NCBI GenBank assembly: GCA_017694175.1
Contig: JADINE010000023.1
Coordinates: 1-37,662 of the forward strand
Origin: Candidatus Enterousia excrementavium
GTDB lineage: Bacteria > Pseudomonadota > Alphaproteobacteria > Rs-D84
Direction: 5' to 3'
DNA: 37,662 nucleotides
Each line of letters opens with the position of its first letter. Position 1 is the stretch's first letter. A program made the translations under genes and the position numbers. Shown in pieces: positions 27,835 through 37,477 of this stretch. The notes beneath the pieces were generated by a model. The model was given only the letters and a program-made list of their open reading frames with translations. It ran no database searches and had not been told where the DNA came from.

Positions 27835-29265
27835 ATGCGACATATTGCAGTTTCTGTATTATCGCTGTTGGTTGTTTTGCCTGCGTTTGCTGATGCGCGT
27901 TTGCCGGTTGTGAATGTTGCGTCTGCGGGGATTTCTGCGCGTGCAGCGTTCGGTGAACCGATTGTGCAAACACACAAAACGGTTGAAAAAGCCTCTGTCA
28001 ACATTGCGGATAATTCAACAAAATCTGTCACAGAACCGGTGAATACAAATGCAAAAGTTGTCGCACGCAGTGCTGCACCTGTTGTGCAAACAGCGTCGGC
28101 GAAAAATACATCTGCTGATGCAGGCGGGCAAATTATTGCGGCGAATGATGTGTTAATGCCGCGTCGGCCCAGTGATGATTTGTGGGCAAAAAATACATCT
28201 GCGTCTGATGTTGTTCCATTAAGATTACCCACCCCGGACGAGTTTTCTGTTATTCGTTCTGATGCCGCATTACCCGAAGAAAGTTTGAATGATTCTGCGC
28301 CTGTAACGTATGCGCAAACACGCACGACGTCTGTTGCACCTGTGGCGGCGACAACGGCGCCTTTGTCGGAATTGGATGCCCAGATTGCACGCCTGAATGA
28401 ATTACAGCGCAGGGCGGATGAAAGTGTTAATACTGATTTTGCACGCGTGGCAGTGGATAAACCTGTCTTGACAGAACGTGCGCCATCTGCGGCGCGGCGT
28501 GAAACGCGCGGTGTTGTTGCGCGCCCATCCGTGGCCAGAACTGCAAGTGCTGAACCCGCGGCAAAAATTGCGGCGAGCACAACAACGCACGATGACACAG
28601 ACGATGTAAAACTGTCGCAAATGGTTGTGCCGATGGACGATATGACGGACGACGTTGTTGTTCGTGCTGTAAAGCGGGCGGAATCGCCACGAATTGCATC
28701 TGTGCGCGATGATATGACCAAAATGTCGCCCAGTGAATTACGTCGTGCATTCAGAAAAACGTTTTTATCGGAAAACAAACATCTTTCCACTTTTCAAATA
28801 GATGACAGGTTTGATGTTGCCAGCGATATGACAGAAAACGCCATGGGATTTACATCTGCGCGTGATTTATCCGAAGCGGGCGGAATTCGTCCATTGGAAA
28901 TAAAAATTAATTTCCGTAACGAAGATGCCGCATTGTCGCGCGATAATTATAATTTGTTAACTGAATACGCCGGAATTGTATTAAGTAATCCAACACGTGC
29001 GATTCAGGTTTCTATTCCGCAAAGTGTTACCACAGATTCTGATGCGCGCAAATTGGCTGCACGCCGTTTGGCCATAGTGGAACAGGTTTTGCGTGATAAC
29101 GGAATATCAGAACAACGTATTTTGCCAGTGTTATCTCAGCGTGACGAAGAGGGGCTGGTTTTGCGTATGATATCATTGGATCAATTTGAAACATTAACAA
29201 AACGTCAACGTGATGTGTTTGGCGACACGATAAGTAAAAAAACATACAGAAGTATGTCGTGGTAA
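27835..29265 (+). CDS. secreted/periplasmic hypothetical protein with low-complexity middle and degenerate OmpA-like C-terminal domain
   Basis: Signal peptide (..PAFA); purine-rich RBS; INF...ALS....LL...KLAARRLAIVEQVLRDNGISEQRI resembles OmpA_C. Confidence 0.7.
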   Translation: MRHIAVSVLSLLVVLPAFADARLPVVNVASAGISARAAFGEPIVQTHKTVEKASVNIADNSTKSVTEPVNTNAKVVARSAAPVVQTASAKNTSADAGGQIIAANDVLMPRRPSDDLWAKNTSASDVVPLRLPTPDEFSVIRSDAALPEESLNDSAPVTYAQTRTTSVAPVAATTAPLSELDAQIARLNELQRRADESVNTDFARVAVDKPVLTERAPSAARRETRGVVARPSVARTASAEPAAKIAASTTTHDDTDDVKLSQMVVPMDDMTDDVVVRAVKRAESPRIASVRDDMTKMSPSELRRAFRKTFLSENKHLSTFQIDDRFDVASDMTENAMGFTSARDLSEAGGIRPLEIKINFRNEDAALSRDNYNLLTEYAGIVLSNPTRAIQVSIPQSVTTDSDARKLAARRLAIVEQVLRDNGISEQRILPVLSQRDEEGLVLRMISLDQFETLTKRQRDVFGDTISKKTYRSMSW

Positions 29266-30017
29266 GTTTATGCTTTGGTCGCGCAACTGTGGGGGTTAAG
29301 AAAGTTGCGCGATTTTCTATTGAATTTTTGTTTCCATCTGCGTGTCCGTTGTGTGGCACGCCTGTTTCAATTAATGGTGAACTGTGTGCAGATTGTTGGA
29401 CTGCGTTTAATTGGATTGGTCGACCATGTTGTGAAAAGTGCGGTTATCCATTCCCTGCGGATTTGGATTTAGGCTTGCATCCATTGTGTCCAAATTGTGC
29501 ATCAGGTGGATGTGTTTTGGATTTAATTCGCAGCGCATGTGTGTATGATGACGCATCGCGCGCAGCGGTGTTACCATTCAAACACGCATCACGGATAAGT
29601 TATGCAGCATTTATGTCGCGTGCGATGATATGGGCTTTGCGTGATGTTGATATTGCGCCAGATGTTGTAATGCCTGTACCGTTGGCGTGGCGCAGATTGT
29701 TTCATCGCGGTTATAATCAGGCCACTTTACTTGCGCGACCAATATCGCGTGCATTTGGTGTGCCAATGGATACAAACAGCATTCGCCGCAAATACAGGCC
29801 AGATATGGGGCATAAAAATCCGGCACAGCGTGCAGAAAATATCCGTGGAGTATTTCAAGTCGTGCGCCCTGATAAAATTCGCGGTCGGAAAATTTTATTG
29901 GTTGATGATGTTATGACAACCGGCGCAACGTTTGCTGAATTGCGCAGAGTATTACTGCGTGCCGGTGCATCTGCGGTATACGGTGTGACATTTTGCCGCA
30001 CTGTTCGCGCGATATAA
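29259..30017 (+). CDS. comF: ComF-family protein (double zinc ribbon plus phosphoribosyltransferase)
   Basis: Four CxxC pairs; VPL...RGYNQA; LLVDDVMTTGAT; start uncertain. Confidence 0.9.
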   Translation: MVSLCFGRATVGVKKVARFSIEFLFPSACPLCGTPVSINGELCADCWTAFNWIGRPCCEKCGYPFPADLDLGLHPLCPNCASGGCVLDLIRSACVYDDASRAAVLPFKHASRISYAAFMSRAMIWALRDVDIAPDVVMPVPLAWRRLFHRGYNQATLLARPISRAFGVPMDTNSIRRKYRPDMGHKNPAQRAENIRGVFQVVRPDKIRGRKILLVDDVMTTGATFAELRRVLLRAGASAVYGVTFCRTVRAI

Positions 30018-30022
30018 TTTTT

Positions 30023-30427
30023 TCAATTAACTTTTTGATTGCTTGTGTTTACAAAAGATTTAAGCATGTGGCGCGTATGGCTTTCGAATTCCTGTTGAAT
30101 AACTTTTTGTGAACACATTGTGATAAGCGTTTCCAGTTTTTCCGCCAAAGTAACGCGGCGTGTGCGTGAAGTTGGTTTTGCAGCCTTTTTATCAAATACA
30201 GCCCGCGTAGCAGTCGCAACCAATTCTTCGTCAACATAAAATTCGTACCGAACGTAACTGTTTTTTTGATCAGTGTGCGAATACAACGAATATAATTCGA
30301 ACACAGTTAAATCCCCATTTTCATCAATGTATTCGAACGAATATATGGATTCGGTCGGACTGTTGTGCACAGAAATATACCGTGTGGGAATAATCGTAAA
30401 CAGAAAATAAAATAACGTGTCTGTCAT
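30023..30427 (-). CDS. hypothetical protein
   Basis: ORF fills the gap between comF and valS; the upstream promoter favours ATG 30427 (alternative 30436). Confidence 0.6.
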   Translation of the reverse strand: MTDTLFYFLFTIIPTRYISVHNSPTESIYSFEYIDENGDLTVFELYSLYSHTDQKNSYVRYEFYVDEELVATATRAVFDKKAAKPTSRTRRVTLAEKLETLITMCSQKVIQQEFESHTRHMLKSFVNTSNQKVN

Positions 30428-30434
30428 ACGCACC

Positions 30435-30462
30435 ATCGTATTACAAAGCCCGGATTTGTCAA
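30435..30462 (-). promoter_or_regulatory. sigma70-type promoter with leaderless geometry
   Basis: TTGACA-16 bp-TACGAT-7 nt-ATG on the - strand. Confidence 0.5.
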
Positions 30463-30539
30463 GGATATTATAACAATGCCTTGAATTTTATTTTTTATCT
30501 GCTAGGATTGACGGGATATAATTCTAGCGGGGTACAACA

Positions 30540-32951
30540 ATGAAAATTGAATTGGGCAAAAACATAAACACGCGTGAAATGGAAACCAAAATTCAGCAAT
30601 TTTGGGATGCTAATAATTTTTGGGACAACGATGTTAAATCGGACAAACCGCCGTTTTGTGTAATGATGCCGCCACCAAACGTGACGGGAAATCTGCACAT
30701 GGGACATGCGCTGAACAATGTTTTAACAGACATTATGTGCCGGTATAAACGCATGTGTGGATACGATGTTTTGTGGCAACTGGGCACAGACCATGCGTCA
30801 ATTGCGACCCAATTGTTGGTTGAACGCGATTTATCAAAACGCGGAATAAATCCCCGCAGTTTAAGCAAAGAAGAATTATTAAAAACCGCCTGGGCATGGA
30901 AAGCGGACAAAGGCGGCCAGATTATAAATCAATTACACATATTGGGTGTGACGCCGGCGTGGTCGCGCGAACGTTTCACTATGGACGAAGGGCTGTCGCA
31001 CGCGGTGACAAAACTGTTCGTCAAAATGTATAACGAGGGTATAATTTACCGCGCAAAACGTTTGGTGAACTGGTGCCCGAAACAACAAACATCAGTTTCT
31101 GATTTAGAGGTTGAAACCCGCGAAGAACATGGAAAATTCTACTATTTCAATTATCCGTTGGTGGGTGGCGGCACTGTTGAAATTGCAACCACGCGTCCAG
31201 AAACATTGTTCGGCGACCAGGCAATCGCAGTGCACCCAGAAAATGAAAAATTAAAACATTTAATTGGGCGTCGTGCGATAATTCCATTAACAAATATCGA
31301 GATACCAATCATTGCCGATGAACACGCCGATCCGGACAAGGGTACAGGCGCTGTGAAAATTACCCCTGCCCATGACTTTGACGACTGGGAAGTTGGCGTC
31401 CGCCACAACCTGACCCCGGTAAATATTTTAACCCCGGATGCAAAATTGAATGATAATCCGGTGGTGCCTGAAAAATATCGTGGCATGGACAGATTTGCCG
31501 CACGCGCAGAAATTGTTGCGGATATTGAGGCGGCCGGCCTGTTGGTGAAAATAGAAGATAAAATTATCCCAACCCCGTATTCTGAACGTGGCGGCGTGGT
31601 GGTTGAACCGTATTTAACAGACCAATGGTTCGTGGATACGACCAAACTGGTTGCCCCCGCCATAGACGCCGTTGAATCCGGTAAAATTAAATTCATGCCA
31701 GAACACAGATATAATCTGTATATGTCCTGGATGAAAAATATCCGCCAGTGGCCAATTTCGCGTCAGTTATGGTGGGGACACCGTATACCTGCGTGGTATG
31801 ATGCGGACGGCAATGTATACGTTGCAGAAACTGAATCAGACGCCGTAAAACAATCAGGCGGTCGTGAATTAACACGTGATTCAGACGTGTTGGATACATG
31901 GTTTTCGTCTGCGCTGTGGCCATTTTCCACATTGGGTTGGCCGGACGAAACGCCTGAATTAAAACGCTATTACCCGACAGATTTGTTGTACACGGCCGCA
32001 GATATTATATTTTTCTGGGTTGCGCGTATGATAATGATGGGCATGTATGTTATGGGCGACGTTCCGTTTAAAACTGTGAATTTCCACGGCTTAATTCGTG
32101 ACGCCCATGGCCAAAAAATGTCAAAGACCAAGGGCAACGGCACAGACCCATTGGTCGTTATTGAAAAATTTGGCGTGGACGCATTGCGTTATTGGGTTGC
32201 AACCGCCCCAATTGGCACAGATATCAGATACAGCGAGGAAGAAATCAAACGCGGTTCAAAACTGTTAACAAAATTGTGGAATGCGTCGAAATATGTTCTG
32301 ATGAATTTAACTGATTTTGAACCAAACGCCGCCGCGCCCGTTGCGATTGAAAACAGATTTATCGAAGACAGATGGGTACTGTCCGAATTAAACGCAGCCA
32401 TCGCAGATGTGCGCAAACATTTGGATAAATACGACAATTGCAATGCGCGTGCTGCATTGGATACGTTTTTCTATGAAGTGTTCTGCGACCAATACCTGGA
32501 ATTTATCAAAGACAGATTTTGGTCACCTGAAAAATACAGCGCGGAATCAAAACTGTCGGCACAATGGACATTGTTCGAAGTGTTGCGCGCCATTATTGGC
32601 ATGTATGCTCCATTCATTCCATTCCAAACCGAAGAATTGTGGCAACAGATTTATAAACCGTTCGAAGGTGGCGAAACATTGCACCTGACTGCGTTCCCAT
32701 CGCCGGCCGCCGCGCGCGATACAGATGTGTCTGAAATGCAGATTGCGCTGGACATATTAAAAACAGTTCGCACCATGCGCACAGAACGGAAAATCGGCAA
32801 TGGGGCAAAACTGGAAACATTGACGATTCCGGCCGACACACCATCTGGATTGCATGGCGTGATAAAATCTGCTGCACGTGCAAATGAAATTATTCTGGGT
32901 GACACAATTGATTTCGTTGTTGCCGCCGCACCACAATCCAAAGGTGAATAA
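30540..32951 (+). CDS. valS: valine--tRNA ligase
   Basis: PPPNVTGNLHMGH, ATTRPET, GTGAVKITPAHD, ISRQLWWGH, KMSKT. Confidence 0.97.
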   Translation: MKIELGKNINTREMETKIQQFWDANNFWDNDVKSDKPPFCVMMPPPNVTGNLHMGHALNNVLTDIMCRYKRMCGYDVLWQLGTDHASIATQLLVERDLSKRGINPRSLSKEELLKTAWAWKADKGGQIINQLHILGVTPAWSRERFTMDEGLSHAVTKLFVKMYNEGIIYRAKRLVNWCPKQQTSVSDLEVETREEHGKFYYFNYPLVGGGTVEIATTRPETLFGDQAIAVHPENEKLKHLIGRRAIIPLTNIEIPIIADEHADPDKGTGAVKITPAHDFDDWEVGVRHNLTPVNILTPDAKLNDNPVVPEKYRGMDRFAARAEIVADIEAAGLLVKIEDKIIPTPYSERGGVVVEPYLTDQWFVDTTKLVAPAIDAVESGKIKFMPEHRYNLYMSWMKNIRQWPISRQLWWGHRIPAWYDADGNVYVAETESDAVKQSGGRELTRDSDVLDTWFSSALWPFSTLGWPDETPELKRYYPTDLLYTAADIIFFWVARMIMMGMYVMGDVPFKTVNFHGLIRDAHGQKMSKTKGNGTDPLVVIEKFGVDALRYWVATAPIGTDIRYSEEEIKRGSKLLTKLWNASKYVLMNLTDFEPNAAAPVAIENRFIEDRWVLSELNAAIADVRKHLDKYDNCNARAALDTFFYEVFCDQYLEFIKDRFWSPEKYSAESKLSAQWTLFEVLRAIIGMYAPFIPFQTEELWQQIYKPFEGGETLHLTAFPSPAAARDTDVSEMQIALDILKTVRTMRTERKIGNGAKLETLTIPADTPSGLHGVIKSAARANEIILGDTIDFVVAAAPQSKGE

Positions 32952-33684
32952 ATTGACACAAAAATTGATTGAAAAACGCGTATTACAGGCGTATCAGTGC
33001 GACCGCTATGGATATGTTCGCCCGTTAATATTGATGAATGAATTACAGGGCGTCGCCGATACACACGCAGAAATTCTGGGGTGTGGGCGCACATATTTGT
33101 TGACGCATGATATGGCATGGGTTGTTACGCATTACCTGGTTGATATTATCGAAGACCCCCGCGAAGGCGAAGAATTATCGTTCATAACATGGCCGTCTGC
33201 ACACGATGTGCTGCGTGCCACCCGTGATTTCGAGGTTCGCGGCGCAGACGGTCGCCTTTTGGTGCGCGCAACGTCCCAGTGGGTGTTGATTGATATGGCG
33301 CGTCGTCGCCCGTTAAAATTGGACGAAAATTTACCATATTGGGAAATTATTCCTGAACGTGCATGGGACGTACCGTTTGAAAAGTTTCCTGATTTCACAC
33401 CGACAAAAACGCATACTATGAAATGCAGATTTGACGATATTGACGTGAATCAGCATATTAACAACGCAGTGTATGCAGTATGGGCAACTGAAAGCGTTGG
33501 TTATGTATACCGAAATCAGCATAAATTAAAACGCTTGGAATTAAATTTCAAAAAAGAAATCAGTCCCGACACCCCTGAAATTGCGGTTGATGTTATGATA
33601 GACGGCCTGACCAGCCACCATAAAATAAAAACCGGTGATACAGTCCACGCAGATGTTATCTGCACCTGGACAGAAATGAAATAA
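32944..33684 (+). CDS. acyl-ACP thioesterase (FatA/FatB-like double hotdog)
   Basis: WVVT, RDF, ATSQWVLID..RRRP, DIDVNQHINNAVY; GTG start overlaps the valS stop. Confidence 0.88.
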   Translation: MNKLTQKLIEKRVLQAYQCDRYGYVRPLILMNELQGVADTHAEILGCGRTYLLTHDMAWVVTHYLVDIIEDPREGEELSFITWPSAHDVLRATRDFEVRGADGRLLVRATSQWVLIDMARRRPLKLDENLPYWEIIPERAWDVPFEKFPDFTPTKTHTMKCRFDDIDVNQHINNAVYAVWATESVGYVYRNQHKLKRLELNFKKEISPDTPEIAVDVMIDGLTSHHKIKTGDTVHADVICTWTEMK

Positions 33685-33690
33685 TTCGGT

Positions 33691-33760
33691 TAATGCCCAC
33701 CCCGTCGCAGAATAAGTTCCCCTCCGTTGGAGGGGTGGGCGCAGTCCGGGGTGGTTAGAG
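33691..33760. repeat. GC-rich REP-like palindromic element
   Basis: CCCCTCC-gtt-GGAGGGG core (33719-33735) nested within CCACCCCG / CGGGGTGG (33697-33704 / 33747-33754). Confidence 0.6.
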
Positions 33761-33827
33761 ATTGCGAGAATATGTTTCCTTGCTTTCTTGTTATTGTTGC
33801 CACCATGGCGCGACAATGAATACCATA

Positions 33828-33853
33828 AAAAAATCGCCAATTGGCGATTTTTT
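33828..33853. terminator. bidirectional terminator (rpmH)
   Basis: Perfect 26-bp palindrome AAAAAATCGCCAATTGGCGATTTTTT overlapping the rpmH stop. Confidence 0.8.
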
Positions 33854-34004
33854 AATTTGCTGCATTCACAGCCAATCTTTTACGACCCGCTGCACGACGA
33901 CGATTCAAAACATCGCGGCCGCCCTTGGTCGCCATCCGTTCGCGGAACCCGTGCGTACGCACGCGGCGCGTCTTAGATGGTTGATATGTACGTTTTGTTG
34001 CCAT
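33852..34004 (-). CDS. rpmH: 50S ribosomal protein L34 (not in the ORF track)
   Basis: Manual translation: [50 protein letters not shown]; AAGGA RBS upstream. Confidence 0.97.
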   Translation of the reverse strand: MATKRTYQPSKTRRVRTHGFRERMATKGGRDVLNRRRAAGRKRLAVNAAN

Positions 34005-34288
34005 AATAAAATCCTTTTGTGCCCCTATTTAATCATATGATTTATAAAAACGCAACATTTTTATTTAGATTTTACCAAACCCAAAGATTTTAACCCTTGA
34101 AGCATCAAGTAGTATATAAATAACGCTGTAAAAAGCCGCCAGAATGGTAAAAACATGTCTTGTTCCTTTTGGTAAAAATAATACCACTAAATAGTGATTT
34201 GTCAATGTGTTTTTTGGGGTTTATTTCTTGACCAAAACCGTAAAAATTTGCTATTCTTTACTTGTTAAAAAACAGGGGAAAACCAAGT

Positions 34289-37042
34289 ATGTCAGAAACA
34301 AATAATATCAATGAAATAAATGAAATAAAAATCCCACAATCATCGCTGGAACACGAAATGCGTACAAGTTTTTTGGACTATGCGATGTCGGTTATTGTTG
34401 ATCGTGCGTTGCCTGATGTTCGTGATGGTTGTAAACCGGTGCACAGACGTATTTTATACGTTATGAACGATGTTGCGCCTGCAACCAAGGCAACGGTTAA
34501 ATCTGCGCGTATTGTCGGTGATGTTATGGGTAAATATCACCCCCACGGCGACAGTTCTATATACGAAGCCATGGTTCGCATGGGCCAGGATTTTTCCATG
34601 GGTGAAATGTTGGTCCAGGGTCAGGGTAACTTTGGTTCGCGCGACGGGGACAAGGCCGCTGCCATGCGTTATACCGAAGCGCGCCTGTCTAAACTGGGCG
34701 CGTCCATGATGGACGATTTGGACAAAGACACTGTTGATTGGCAACCAAACTTTGACGGCACATTACAGGAACCTGTTGTATTGCCGACCAAATTCCCGAA
34801 TTTTTTAGTAAACGGTGGCTCTGGTATTGCGGTTGGTATGGCGACAAATGTTCCGACATATAACCTGGGTGAAATTTGCAACGGTATTTTGGCGATATTG
34901 GATAACCCTGATTTATCAGACGATGAATTATTCGGCATAATCCCGGGGCCCGATTTCCCAACGGGTGCGGTTATCATGGGGCGTGCCGGCGCGTACAAAG
35001 CGCACACAACTGGGCGCGGTTCAATCATAGTTCGTGCAAAAACGCACATGGAAACATTCCATGATCATCCTGCGATTGTTGTTGATGAAATCCCGTACCA
35101 GGTCAATAAATCGCAATTGATTATGAAAATCGCGGAACTAAGCAAAGATAAACGTATCGAGGGTATTGCCGAAATCCGCGATGAATCATCCAAAGAAGGC
35201 CTGCGTATAGTTATCGAATTAAAACGCGATGCGATTCCCGATGTTGTGCTGAATCATTTATTCCAGTACACGGAAATGCAGACGAATTTCCCGGTTAACA
35301 TGATGGCGTTAAATCGCGGCCGCCCGATGTTGTTCAATATTCGTGGTGTTTTGGATGCGTTCATAGATTTCCGATGCGAGGTTATTCGTCGTCGTACCAT
35401 ATTTGATTTGAACAAGGCTCGCAATCGTGCACATACGTTGTTGGGGCTGTCGGTTGCCGTTGGCAATTTGGACGAGGTTATCGAACTAATTAAATCCAGC
35501 GCCAATCCGGACGAAGCGCGCACCGCATTAATTTCCCGCGGTTGGCGTGCGTCTGATATTGAAAATTACATTCAATTAATTGACGATCCGAACACAGAAT
35601 ACAAAGACGGCATGTTTTATATGTCCGAAGACCAGGCCCGCGCAATTCTGGAATTACAATTGCATCGCCTGACCGGATTGGAACGCGATAAATTGCACGC
35701 TGATTTGGTGGATTTGGGCGCCCAGATAAAAGATTTGTTGGATATTCTGGGCAGTCACGCGCGCATTATTCAAATCATTCGTGACGAAACAACAATGGTT
35801 CGCGACAATTGGGCCAGCCCACGCCGCACTGAAATTTCCGACGCTGAAATCGATATCGATGTCGAAGATTTAATCGCGCGCGAAGATATGGTTATCACTG
35901 TTTCCAACACAGGATACATCAAACGTGTGTCACTGGATACATACCGTGCACAAAAACGCGGGGGCAAGGGTCGAAACGCCATGACGACCAAGGACGACGA
36001 TTATGTGATTCAGGTATTCGTGGCCAACACACATACGCCATTGTTATTTTTCTCGTCCCGCGGGATATGCTATAAATTAAAAACCTATAAATTGCCCGAG
36101 GCCGCCGCCGCCGCCAAGGGTCGCCCACTGGTAAACTTGTTGCCGTTGGAAAATGGCGAAACAATCACAGCAATATTACCAGTGCCCGAGGAAGATGTTG
36201 CCGCCGCCGCCGCGTCTGGCAAAGAACATTTCCTGATGTTCGCGACTGCATCCGGCACAGTTCGCCGCAATCGCACGTCTGATTTTGATTCAATTCGTGC
36301 CAATGGAAAAATTGCCATGAAATTGGACGACGGCGACAGTTTGATTTCTGTTTTACCGTGCACAGACGACCAGGACGTATTCCTGGCAACCTATCGCGGG
36401 CGTTGCATACGATTCCCTGTGTCTGAAATTCGCGTATTCGCGGGCCGTAATTCGACCGGCGTGCGTGGCATGACTTTGGGCGCAGACGATAAAATCATTG
36501 GCATGGCCATGCTGAACCACGGTGAATCAGACGCGTCTGTTCGCGCTGCGTACATCAAACAATCGCGTGCCGCACGTCGTGCCGCCACCGGCATAGAAGA
36601 AGAATCCGACGGCGAAGAAGAAGCCACAACATTGACCCTGACCGATGAACAAATGGCGCAGATGGCTGCGAATGAACAGTTTATCCTGACTGTGTCTGAA
36701 AACGGATTTGGTAAACGCACGTCGTCGTATGAATACCGCACGACCCATCGTGGTGGCGGCGGATTTACTAATATCAAATTAGGTGGTAAAAATACGGCTG
36801 TGGCTGGTTCGTTCCCTGTGGCTGATGATAATGATATCATCATGGTGACGGACGGCGGAAAAATCATTCGTACACCTGTGCGCGATGTTCGCATAGCGGG
36901 TCGCAGCACTGCGGGTGTAACATTGTTCCGCACGGCCGAAAACGAACGCGTGGTGTCCGCCATTTCGATTTTAAGTGACGAAGGCGAAGCAGCCGAGGTT
37001 GAATCCGAGGCCGCAGAACACCCAACCGAACAACAACAATAA
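34289..37042 (+). CDS. gyrA: DNA gyrase subunit A
   Basis: [31 protein letters not shown], GyrA-box QKRGGKG, acidic tail. Confidence 0.97.
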   Translation: MSETNNINEINEIKIPQSSLEHEMRTSFLDYAMSVIVDRALPDVRDGCKPVHRRILYVMNDVAPATKATVKSARIVGDVMGKYHPHGDSSIYEAMVRMGQDFSMGEMLVQGQGNFGSRDGDKAAAMRYTEARLSKLGASMMDDLDKDTVDWQPNFDGTLQEPVVLPTKFPNFLVNGGSGIAVGMATNVPTYNLGEICNGILAILDNPDLSDDELFGIIPGPDFPTGAVIMGRAGAYKAHTTGRGSIIVRAKTHMETFHDHPAIVVDEIPYQVNKSQLIMKIAELSKDKRIEGIAEIRDESSKEGLRIVIELKRDAIPDVVLNHLFQYTEMQTNFPVNMMALNRGRPMLFNIRGVLDAFIDFRCEVIRRRTIFDLNKARNRAHTLLGLSVAVGNLDEVIELIKSSANPDEARTALISRGWRASDIENYIQLIDDPNTEYKDGMFYMSEDQARAILELQLHRLTGLERDKLHADLVDLGAQIKDLLDILGSHARIIQIIRDETTMVRDNWASPRRTEISDAEIDIDVEDLIAREDMVITVSNTGYIKRVSLDTYRAQKRGGKGRNAMTTKDDDYVIQVFVANTHTPLLFFSSRGICYKLKTYKLPEAAAAAKGRPLVNLLPLENGETITAILPVPEEDVAAAAASGKEHFLMFATASGTVRRNRTSDFDSIRANGKIAMKLDDGDSLISVLPCTDDQDVFLATYRGRCIRFPVSEIRVFAGRNSTGVRGMTLGADDKIIGMAMLNHGESDASVRAAYIKQSRAARRAATGIEEESDGEEEATTLTLTDEQMAQMAANEQFILTVSENGFGKRTSSYEYRTTHRGGGGFTNIKLGGKNTAVAGSFPVADDNDIIMVTDGGKIIRTPVRDVRIAGRSTAGVTLFRTAENERVVSAISILSDEGEAAEVESEAAEHPTEQQQ

Positions 37043-37062
37043 CATAACCCCAGGGGGCCGGC

Positions 37063-37446
37063 ATGGATAATGAATATTTTGCATCGATTAACGAAGTATC
37101 AAAACGTTTGTCTGTGCCGGCACATACCCTGCGTTATTGGGAAAAACAATTTCCAATCATTGTCAGGCCAACAACCGGGGCAGGGGGACGGCGGTATTAT
37201 CGTGCGGAAACAGTCGACAGATTGGTTGTAATTCGCGATTTGCTGTACAAACATGGATTGACCATAGCGGGGGTAAAAAAATTATTACGCGACGGTAATT
37301 TTCCTGCGTCTGCCGACGAATTTGTCCACGATGTCTCAGACGCGCGCCCCGTGGCCCCGACGACTGTGCCGGCGGTGGATAACGCACATCTGGCGCATGC
37401 AATCAGTTTATTGGAACGTGCGCGTGATTTATTAAAAAATTCATAA
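37063..37446 (+). CDS. MerR-family HTH regulator
   Basis: SINEVS....VPAHTLRYWE...GGRRYY...LLY..GLTIAGVKKLL. Confidence 0.88.
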   Translation: MDNEYFASINEVSKRLSVPAHTLRYWEKQFPIIVRPTTGAGGRRYYRAETVDRLVVIRDLLYKHGLTIAGVKKLLRDGNFPASADEFVHDVSDARPVAPTTVPAVDNAHLAHAISLLERARDLLKNS

Positions 37447-37477
37447 AATAAAATGCGCCATTGGCGCATTTTATTTT
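37445..37477. terminator. bidirectional terminator
   Basis: 16-bp arms: AAAATAAAATGCGCCA-t-TGGCGCATTTTATTTT. Confidence 0.82.

Noticed and set aside
27657-28790. Long antisense ORFs (also 5043..5813, 15825..16562, 36391..36963 and others)
   Set aside because: Shadows of real genes on the opposite strand, with no motifs or RBS
34185-34196. NrdR box (CACTAAATAGTG) upstream of gyrA
   Set aside because: The palindrome is 2 bp shorter than the NrdR consensus and is single rather than tandem
34005-34288. oriC next to rpmH
   Set aside because: No TTATCCACA-like DnaA boxes found by eye and no dnaA adjacent
34537-34570. Quinolone-resistance substitution in GyrA
   Set aside because: [10 protein letters not shown] keeps Ser and an acidic residue at the positions equivalent to E. 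coli 83 and 87
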